NCBI GenBank assembly: GCA_030649345.1
Contig: JAUSKK010000018.1
Coordinates: 1-32,000, forward strand
From: Candidatus Iainarchaeum sp.
GTDB taxonomy: Archaea > Iainarchaeota > Iainarchaeia > Iainarchaeales > 0-14-0-20-34-12
DNA length: 32,000 nucleotides
Direction of reading: 5' to 3'
The translations under genes were made by a program, and so were the position numbers. The notes under the pieces are model-generated. The model worked only from the letters and a program-made list of their open reading frames with translations. It was not told the DNA's origin and made no database searches. This document shows, piece by piece, positions 25,498-32,000 of this stretch; the first letter of the stretch is position 1, and every line of letters begins with the position of its first letter.

Positions 25498-26535
25498 ATG
25501 GTTAAGGTTCTGTTGACGCACGAAAGCTTTTCTGCAGTTAAAGCAGGTCAGGAAGTTTATTCAGAACAATTAAAAAAAGCATTTCCTGATCTCGAAATCC
25601 TAAATTTTCAGAATTCCAAAACTTTTTCACAATTGGAATGGCTTTCTGTTTTGCGCGAGCCATTGCATGCCAAAGCCGTGCAGGATCATTTTGTAAAAGA
25701 ATTGAATTCTTTGAATCCTGAATTGGTTTTTGTAAACGGAATGTTCGGTTGGAATTTAAATAATTTAAAAAAACAAATTCCAATTATTGGTATTAATCAT
25801 GGGACATTTTCGGCTTTAGCGGATTGTTCATTTCAGCGAAACCTAAACTATTTTCGCACCCGTTATCTGTACAGCTGGTTCGAGAAAAAAAGTTTTCAAA
25901 ACTGCTCCAAGATTGTTTCAAATTCCAGTTTTTCAGATTTTAACTTGAAAAAATATTATCATCTGAACAGTACTGTAATTGGCAATGCGATTGATGCCCA
26001 TATGTTTAATTCTTTGAATAAAGAAAAAATGCGCATGGAATTAAATTTGCCTTTGGATAAAAAAATTATTTTGTTTGTTGGCCGCGCTGATTATTCGAAA
26101 GGATTTGATGTGGTGAAGCAATTAATGGATTTGCATAAAGATTGCTTGTTTGTCTGCATTACTTTTCCAAAAATATTTGTTCATAAATCCAATGTTTTAT
26201 GCGTAAATCCGATGGAACAGTCTCAATTGGCTAAATACTATTCTGCCAGTGATGTGGTTGTATTTCCTTCGCGCTTTGAAGGTTTTGGATATGTTTCCAT
26301 TGAAGCTTTAGCCTGTAATATTCCGGTAGTTGCATATTTTACTGGAATTGTTCAAGACTTGAATCATCCTTTGCTTTATAAAGTCCAACATTTTTCCGTT
26401 GCAAACTTTTCCAAAGGTTTAAACTATGCTTTAGCTCATTTTCCGGAAAAAGATTATTCGGAAATCATTCGAACGCAGTTTGGTTTGCCAAAATTTATTC
26501 AAAAGTTTCAAAATCTTGCAAAAACAATTATTTAA
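25498..26535 (+). CDS. GT4 (GT-B fold) glycosyltransferase
   Basis: ILFVGRADYSKG and SRFEGFGYVSIEALACNIPVV. I prefer the ATG at 25498 (MVKVLLTHE) over the upstream extension from 25411. Confidence 0.8.
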   Translation: MVKVLLTHESFSAVKAGQEVYSEQLKKAFPDLEILNFQNSKTFSQLEWLSVLREPLHAKAVQDHFVKELNSLNPELVFVNGMFGWNLNNLKKQIPIIGINHGTFSALADCSFQRNLNYFRTRYLYSWFEKKSFQNCSKIVSNSSFSDFNLKKYYHLNSTVIGNAIDAHMFNSLNKEKMRMELNLPLDKKIILFVGRADYSKGFDVVKQLMDLHKDCLFVCITFPKIFVHKSNVLCVNPMEQSQLAKYYSASDVVVFPSRFEGFGYVSIEALACNIPVVAYFTGIVQDLNHPLLYKVQHFSVANFSKGLNYALAHFPEKDYSEIIRTQFGLPKFIQKFQNLAKTII

Positions 26536-27508
26536 CTGAATTTTTCCACCAATGAGAATTATTTTTATACCATTCAATGGTTGAATGCAATGCTCTCGCA
26601 AATTCATGTTTGGGTTTCCAGCCCAATTCTTTTTGAATTTTAGTACAATCCAAGGAATATCTGAAATCGTGCCCAAGTCTATCCTGTACAAATTGGATCA
26701 TCTCTTTTCCTTGGCCCAATTCTTCTAAGATCATTTGGGTTAATTCAATATTTTCAATTTCATTTCCGCCGCCAATGTTGTAAACTTCTCCATTTCTTCC
26801 TTGATGCAAGCAAAGCTCAAGTGCTTCACAATTGTCTAGAACATACAGCCAATCTCGAATTTGTTTTCCTTGCCCATATACTGGAACTTTTTTTCCTTGC
26901 AGTAAGTTGGTTACAAATAAAGGAATAACTTTTTCAGGATATTGATAAGGCCCAAATTGATTGCTGGATCTAGTAATAATTACAGGTAGATCGTAGGTTG
27001 CAAAAAAACTATAGGCTAACCGGTCAGCTCCGGCTTTGCTGGCACTGTATGGATTTCGAGGCATTAGCAAACTTTCTTCTGTGAAACTCCCTTCTTTAAT
27101 CTGCCCATAGACTTCATCTGTGCTAATTTGCAAAAATTTTTTCACATTTTGTTTTCGTGCTTGTTCCAATAACACAAATGTTCCAAAAACATCTGTTTGG
27201 ATAAATTGGGTTGGATCCTGAATGCTCCGATCCACATGAGATTCTGCTGCAAAATTGATTACTGCGTCACAATTGTGCATTGCTTGTTCAACTATTTTTT
27301 TGTTGCAAATATCTCCTTTTATGAAAGTGTACCTATTTTTTGTTTCCGGATTGTTTTCAATATCTTGAAGACTTTCTTTTCGTCCGCAGTAAGTTAGTTT
27401 GTCCAAATTCACAATTTGGGTTTCTGCGTGTTTTTCCAGGTACTGTCGGATAAAATTGGAGCCAATAAATCCTGCTCCGCCGGTTACTAGAATTTTTTCA
27501 AAATTCAT
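26528..27508 (-). CDS. rmlB: dTDP-glucose 4,6-dehydratase
   Basis: ILVTGGAGFIGSNF, AAESHVDRSI, ISTDEVYG, YSASKAGADRLAYSF, FGPYQYPEKVIPLF and QIRDWLYVLD. I prefer the ATG at 27508 (MNFEKILVTGG), which lies 1 nt after the gmd stop. Confidence 0.9.
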   Translation of the reverse strand: MNFEKILVTGGAGFIGSNFIRQYLEKHAETQIVNLDKLTYCGRKESLQDIENNPETKNRYTFIKGDICNKKIVEQAMHNCDAVINFAAESHVDRSIQDPTQFIQTDVFGTFVLLEQARKQNVKKFLQISTDEVYGQIKEGSFTEESLLMPRNPYSASKAGADRLAYSFFATYDLPVIITRSSNQFGPYQYPEKVIPLFVTNLLQGKKVPVYGQGKQIRDWLYVLDNCEALELCLHQGRNGEVYNIGGGNEIENIELTQMILEELGQGKEMIQFVQDRLGHDFRYSLDCTKIQKELGWKPKHEFARALHSTIEWYKNNSHWWKNSVK

Positions 27509-27509
27509 A

Positions 27510-28484
27510 TTATTGTCTCTTTTTTTCAAATTCTAAATCTGCGTCCACCATTAATTCTACTAATTCTTTGAATGAAATTTTAGGTTTCCATCCCAGCTCT
27601 TTTTTTGCTTTGCTGGAATCTGCCAACAATGTGTCAACCTCTGCAGGTCTTTTATTGGCTGGATCAATTTTTACGTGTTTTGTGTAGTCCAGTCCAACAT
27701 AGTCAAAAGCAAGCTGGCAAAATTCCTGAACACTGTGTTGTTCGCCTGTGCCGATTACAAAATCGTCTGCTTTTTTGTGCTGCATAATTTTCCACATGGT
27801 TTCTACATATTCTTTGGCATAACCCCAATCGCGTTTGGATTCCAAGTTTCCGAGTTTGATTTCTTTTTGTTTGCCTAGTTTTATTTTAGCAACCCCATTG
27901 GAGATTTTTCGAGTTACAAATTCCAATCCGCGTCTTGGACTTTCATGGTTGAACAAAATTCCATTGCATGCAAACATATTGTAGCTTTCGCGGTAATTGA
28001 TCGTAGCCCAATAACCGTACATTTTGGCTACGCCGTACGGACTTCGAGGATAAAAAGGAGTTGTTTCTTTTTGAGGAATTTCATTTACTTTTCCAAACAT
28101 TTCTGAACTAGAGGCTTGGTAAAATTTTATTTTTGGATTAATTTTTCGAATAGCTTCTAACATTCTTATCACGCCCAATCCTGTAATATTTCCAGTAATG
28201 ATTGGGTTGTCAAAAGATGCTTTTACAAAAGTTTGCGCACCTAAATTATAAACTTCATCTGGATGTGCTGTTTGAATAACTTGATAAACTGAAGAATAAT
28301 CCTGCAAGTCTCCATAAACAAATTCAATTTGATCTTCAAGATGGGCAATTCTCCAATGGTGTTCTTTTCCAGTTTCTCGAACCATTCCAACAACACGGTA
28401 TCCTTTTTTCAATAACAATTCTGCTAAATACGATCCATCTTGTCCTGTTATTCCAGTAATTAAGGCAGTCTTATCTTTTTCCAT
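27510..28484 (-). CDS. gmd: GDP-mannose 4,6-dehydratase
   Basis: ALITGITGQDGSYLAELLLKKGY, YQASSSEMFG, SPYGVAKMYGYWATINYRESY and NGILFNHESPRRGLEFVTRKI. A GGAG lies about 12 nt upstream of the ATG. Confidence 0.9.
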   Translation of the reverse strand: MEKDKTALITGITGQDGSYLAELLLKKGYRVVGMVRETGKEHHWRIAHLEDQIEFVYGDLQDYSSVYQVIQTAHPDEVYNLGAQTFVKASFDNPIITGNITGLGVIRMLEAIRKINPKIKFYQASSSEMFGKVNEIPQKETTPFYPRSPYGVAKMYGYWATINYRESYNMFACNGILFNHESPRRGLEFVTRKISNGVAKIKLGKQKEIKLGNLESKRDWGYAKEYVETMWKIMQHKKADDFVIGTGEQHSVQEFCQLAFDYVGLDYTKHVKIDPANKRPAEVDTLLADSSKAKKELGWKPKISFKELVELMVDADLEFEKKRQ

Positions 28485-28523
28485 AATAAGTTCGTTCTCC
28501 TAAACTTTAAAAACAGTATGTAT

Positions 28524-29465
28524 TCAATTATTTTCAGACAGTTTTTTGCCTGTTTTTTTAAGCCATTCAATTGTTTGCCGTAGTCCTTCTTTAAAAGGCG
28601 TTTTGGCTTTCCAGCCAAATACTTGAAATGCTTTTTTTACACTGTAGCACTCAATATAACTTTCAGCAGCTTCTTTTATGAAACTAGGTTTTTGCTTGAT
28701 TTTGAGTAAATTTAAAATAGTAATAACCACTTCTTTTATGGTTCTGCTTTTGCCAGTGCCTACATTTACTACAATAGCTGAGCTTGGCCATTTTTTAAGT
28801 AGAAATACTTTTTCATAAAATTCCATTAAATCATAAACATAAATGAAATCTTTTTCTGTTGATCCATCTCCTTGCACATCAATATTTCCGCGGATTGCTT
28901 TGTCGGTGATGCTGGGAATTATTCGAATGCCTGGCAAATCATTTGGGCCGAAGGCATTGGTTTGTCTTGCAATTGCAATATGTAAACCGGTTTTTTTAGA
29001 AAATGTTTCGCATAATTCTTCTGCTTCTTTTTTTGTTTGTCCATAAATAGATTCTGGTTTTGTTTCAGTTTCTTCAGACACTATTTTGGATTGTTTCCCG
29101 TATACTTGTCCACTGGACGCAAAAACCATTCTTTGAACTCCCATTGCTTTGCAGGTTTTTAGTGTGTTTTCAGTTCCATGAACATTTACCATCCAAGCTA
29201 GATTGGGGTCGTTTTCTGCAAATACTTTATGCGAAATTGCACCTAAATGAATGCAATAATCTGCTTTGAATGAATGCAATTTTTTTGTTTGATTTTCATC
29301 GGCAATATCTAAACAAAAAAATTTTAATTTTGGGTCTTGAATGGCTGTTTCAATTTTATCCACTGCAATTATGTTTGCATTTTTTTTAAGAAAAAATTCG
29401 CAGGCTGTTTTTCCCAAAAATCCAGAGCTTCCGGTTATTAAAATTGTTTTCTTATTCCAATTCAT
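28524..29465 (-). CDS. NAD(P)-dependent SDR epimerase/reductase; candidate GDP-4-keto-6-deoxymannose reductase or epimerase-reductase
   Basis: ILITGSSGFLGKT, ASSGQVYG and YGQTKKEAEELC (YxxxK). It lies directly upstream of gmd on the same strand. I prefer the ATG at 29465 over the TTG at 29474. Confidence 0.7.
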   Translation of the reverse strand: MNWNKKTILITGSSGFLGKTACEFFLKKNANIIAVDKIETAIQDPKLKFFCLDIADENQTKKLHSFKADYCIHLGAISHKVFAENDPNLAWMVNVHGTENTLKTCKAMGVQRMVFASSGQVYGKQSKIVSEETETKPESIYGQTKKEAEELCETFSKKTGLHIAIARQTNAFGPNDLPGIRIIPSITDKAIRGNIDVQGDGSTEKDFIYVYDLMEFYEKVFLLKKWPSSAIVVNVGTGKSRTIKEVVITILNLLKIKQKPSFIKEAAESYIECYSVKKAFQVFGWKAKTPFKEGLRQTIEWLKKTGKKLSENN

Positions 29466-29523
29466 TTTTTTCAACCAGCTTAGACATTGATGTTAAATTA
29501 CAAATTTATGTGCTTTATAGAGG

Positions 29524-30783
29524 CTATTCCATTATGCGGACTTTGGGAATGGGAATAATATATTTTCCATTTTTTTGAGTGAATTTTGTTTTTTCGCCTA
29601 TTTTTTTAATTATTTCAGCAGAGAAATTCCAGGGAAAAATAACAATATAATTTGGGCTGTATTTATCAATGGCATCAAAACTATAAATAGGTATATTTGT
29701 CCCAGCGTACAGTAGTCCTTGTTTTTCGGGTGTTTCATCTACAATAAATTGTATTTGATTTTGGGTCATACCGCAATAGTTTAGGAGTGTATTTCCTTTT
29801 GCTGCTGCGCCAAATCCTGCAATTAATTTGCCTTCGGCTTTCAACTTTTTCAATACCGTGACAAAATCTTCCCTTATTTGTTTGACATTGTTTTTGAATT
29901 GCAGATACGTTTCCAAATCATACATTTTGTTTTGTGTTTCCCATTCTAGTAATTCAGTTACCGATGGATCTGTTTGAAATTCGCTTTGACTGTGGGCTGC
30001 ATATAAACGGAGTGCTCCGCCGTGGATTGGAACTAGTTTTACTTTAAAAATTCGCAAGCCATATTTTTCAAAAAGTAACATTAATGGTTTCAGCAAAAAA
30101 TAGGATACGTGTTCATGATAGATTGTGTCAAATGCGTTTTCCATAATTAAACTGCCCATGTAGTGAAATTCAATAACTGTAATTCCCTTGGGGGCCAGCG
30201 ATTTTTTTATTGCTGCAACAAATCCTTTTACATCATGCGTGTGGGCAAACACATTGGTGGCTGTAATAATTTCCGGTTGTTCTTTTTGCATAACTTGTTC
30301 TGCAGTTTGATTGTCCCAAAATGCGCATATTGTGGGAAGTCCAAGTTCATTGGCTTTTTTTGCTAGATTTTCAGCAGGGTCAACTCCAAGTACTTTAAAT
30401 CCTTGGTCTTTGAATTCTTTTAAAAGACATCCATCATTGCTTGCAATATCTAGTGTCAATGTATTTTTTGGTTCAGGAAAGTATGTTTTGAGTTCTTGTC
30501 CTAGTTTGGCACAGTGTTCACGAAATGTTGCTGAAATTGAAGACTTGTACAAATAATGTGAAAATAGAAATTCTGGATCCACCACTACACTTAACTGAGA
30601 AAGACTGCAATTATTGCAATAAAGAACTGTCAATGGAAATCGGGGGCAAAAATCAGTTTCATTTTTCAGAAAACGATTGGCTAAAGGTAGATTGCCTAAT
30701 TCCAAATATGCTGTAAGGTTGGTGGAATCACAAATACGGCAGACTGTAAGTGGTTTATACAATTCTGTGATTGGTTGGTTCAT
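29524..30783 (-). CDS. NDP-hexose C-methyltransferase-like enzyme (Zn-ribbon + class I MT + C-methyltransferase C-terminal domain; TylC3-like)
   Basis: The N-terminal four-Cys arrangement (CRIC ... CNNC), LPLANRF, LDIASNDGCLL (motif I-like) and a length of 419 aa fit the Methyltransf_13/14 architecture. Confidence 0.7.
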   Translation of the reverse strand: MNQPITELYKPLTVCRICDSTNLTAYLELGNLPLANRFLKNETDFCPRFPLTVLYCNNCSLSQLSVVVDPEFLFSHYLYKSSISATFREHCAKLGQELKTYFPEPKNTLTLDIASNDGCLLKEFKDQGFKVLGVDPAENLAKKANELGLPTICAFWDNQTAEQVMQKEQPEIITATNVFAHTHDVKGFVAAIKKSLAPKGITVIEFHYMGSLIMENAFDTIYHEHVSYFLLKPLMLLFEKYGLRIFKVKLVPIHGGALRLYAAHSQSEFQTDPSVTELLEWETQNKMYDLETYLQFKNNVKQIREDFVTVLKKLKAEGKLIAGFGAAAKGNTLLNYCGMTQNQIQFIVDETPEKQGLLYAGTNIPIYSFDAIDKYSPNYIVIFPWNFSAEIIKKIGEKTKFTQKNGKYIIPIPKVRIME

Positions 30784-30883
30784 ATAGTTTACATTTTACA
30801 ATAATGTTTTAAATATTCCTGATGTTTAAATTTATGAATTATGTGCAGTGAATATTGTGCTAATTTAGGTTGGTATAAATCAA

Positions 30884-31345
30884 ATGAGTGAAGGATTGCC
30901 GGAAGGAGTTGTTTTGAAATCTCTTGTCCGTCATAAAGATGCGCGTGGCTATTTTCAAGAACTGTACCGCGAAAGCTGGTTTAATATGTCGGCAAAACAG
31001 GTTTCTGTTTCAGTTACGCATCCTGGAATCATTAAAGCATTTCATTGGCATAAATATCAGACCGATATTTTTTGCTTGATTTCTGGAAAAGTACTGATTG
31101 GTTTGTATGATCTGCGAAAAGAATCTCCTACTTTTGGAGTCAAAAAAGCATTGGTGGTAGATGCTGATGCAGAACCGGTTATTGTTTCTATCCCCTGCAA
31201 AGTTGTTCATGGATATAAAGTTTTAGGCCAAAAAGATGCAGTGATGCTGTATATTATGGATAACGAATACAATCCAGACAAGCCAGATGAAGAACGCATT
31301 CCATTTGATGATTCAAAAATTGGTTTTGATTGGAGCCAAGCTTAA
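30884..31345 (+). CDS. rmlC: dTDP-4-dehydrorhamnose 3,5-epimerase-like cupin (short form)
   Basis: KDARGYFQELY, FHWHKYQTDIF, YDLRKESPTFG, IPCKVVHGY, YNPDKPDEERIPFDD. Confidence 0.7.
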   Translation: MSEGLPEGVVLKSLVRHKDARGYFQELYRESWFNMSAKQVSVSVTHPGIIKAFHWHKYQTDIFCLISGKVLIGLYDLRKESPTFGVKKALVVDADAEPVIVSIPCKVVHGYKVLGQKDAVMLYIMDNEYNPDKPDEERIPFDDSKIGFDWSQA

Positions 31346-31369
31346 TTTAGTGCACTGAATTGTGTGACA

Positions 31370-32000
31370 CTAATTAGTCATTTGTTTTTTGAGTTTAATT
31401 AATCCTTCTTTGAATGTACAAAATTTTAAGCCATTTTTTTTCGCTAAACTATTATTCAAACTTGTATCGTATGGGCGAACAGCGTCCAGTTGTAAATCTG
31501 TGCTTTTACTTTTATGAATTAAGTTTTTTTCACATCCAAAAACTTCAGCAATCTCTAAAGCAGCATCGTACATGGATAACTTGGAACTTCCCACGCAATG
31601 TATAATTCCAGAAAAATCTGATTCAATTAGAGTATGGACAGCCTGGGTTAAGTCACTCATTTCTGTTGGCGATCTAATCATATCTGTAAATGCTGTAACT
31701 AGCTGTTTGTTTTTTAATTTTTCAATAGTTCCATTAATGAACTTGCCATTGCTTTCAATGCCAAATGGCATAGAGGTTCGCAGAATAATTGCATTTTTTA
31801 ATTTTTGAACTTCTTGTTCTCCAGCCAGTTTTGTTTTTCCATAAACATTGATTGGATTGGGTATATCTTTTTCATTATAATTTCCTTTTTTTCCATCAAA
31901 TACATTGTCTGTGGAAAAATAAACAAACTTAATTGATTTATTCTGACAGGTATTCACTAAATTTTGTGTGCCCAAAACATGGGTGTCTGTTGCCAGTTTT
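31370..32000 (-). CDS. rmlD: dTDP-4-dehydrorhamnose reductase, C-terminal about 210 aa; the 5' end lies beyond the window
   Basis: The frame stays open to the window edge (..KLATDTHVLGTQNLVNTC), so the TTG at 31975 is internal. FVYFSTDNVFDG and PINVYGKTKLAGE are RmlD signatures. Confidence 0.8.
   Translation of the reverse strand, partial: KLATDTHVLGTQNLVNTCQNKSIKFVYFSTDNVFDGKKGNYNEKDIPNPINVYGKTKLAGEQEVQKLKNAIILRTSMPFGIESNGKFINGTIEKLKNKQLVTAFTDMIRSPTEMSDLTQAVHTLIESDFSGIIHCVGSSKLSMYDAALEIAEVFGCEKNLIHKSKSTDLQLDAVRPYDTSLNNSLAKKNGLKFCTFKEGLIKLKKQMTN

Noticed and set aside
22996-31808. Remaining short track ORFs (22996-23241, 23141-23335, 23419-23613, 24120-24377, 24484-24672, 25538-25783, 26431-26691, 27197-27397, 27605-27878, 28843-29269, 30163-30716, 31010-31210, 31414-31808)
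   Set aside because: Each overlaps a longer ORF with strong family signatures, in another frame or on the other strand.
1-32000. Search for CRISPR arrays, transposases, integrases, rRNA/tRNA genes or recoded stop codons
   Set aside because: I saw no spaced repeat arrays, recombinase-like ORFs or RNA gene signatures. ORFs close normally on TAA, TAG and TGA (TGA is used in the ATGA overlaps), so the standard code fits.

Overview
AT-rich (about one-third G+C by eye, not computed), densely coding prokaryotic window. I recognised no rRNA, tRNA, CRISPR array, transposase or integrase. Almost all of it is one large surface-glycan / polysaccharide assembly locus. It holds nucleotide-sugar enzymes: a UXS-like decarboxylase (5' partial), two SDR epimerase/reductases, a CapD/PseB-like dehydratase, rmlA-like, rmlB, rmlC-like and rmlD (5' partial) genes, and gmd. 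It also holds four GT2 and three GT4 glycosyltransferases, two large GT-C-like polytopic membrane proteins, a Wzx/MOP flippase, two UPF0104 'flippase-like' proteins and a CE4 deacetylase. The methylation capacity is unusual: three class I methyltransferases, a TylC3-like sugar C-methyltransferase and a cobalamin-type radical SAM enzyme. Genes are tightly packed, with ATGA start/stop overlaps at 4893, 8298, 14539, 20213 (minus) and 22415 (minus). No priming phosphoglycosyltransferase, Wzy, ligase or AglB/PglB-type enzyme is recognisable in the window. The best candidate for an undescribed system is a three-gene module at 11624-16117 that interrupts the sugar genes: a membrane-anchored CotH-family kinase fused to a beta-helix domain, a stand-alone VTC (polyphosphate-polymerase-like tunnel) domain protein, and a DUF4956 membrane protein. 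A second oddity lies at 22287-22453: a perfect 29-nt direct repeat that duplicates a methyltransferase 3' end and flanks a GC-rich structured insert, which is also a translationally coupled 43-codon ORF. I could not decide lineage (bacterial CPR-like versus DPANN-like archaeon) from the sequence alone. All family assignments rest on motif recognition by eye, not on searches.
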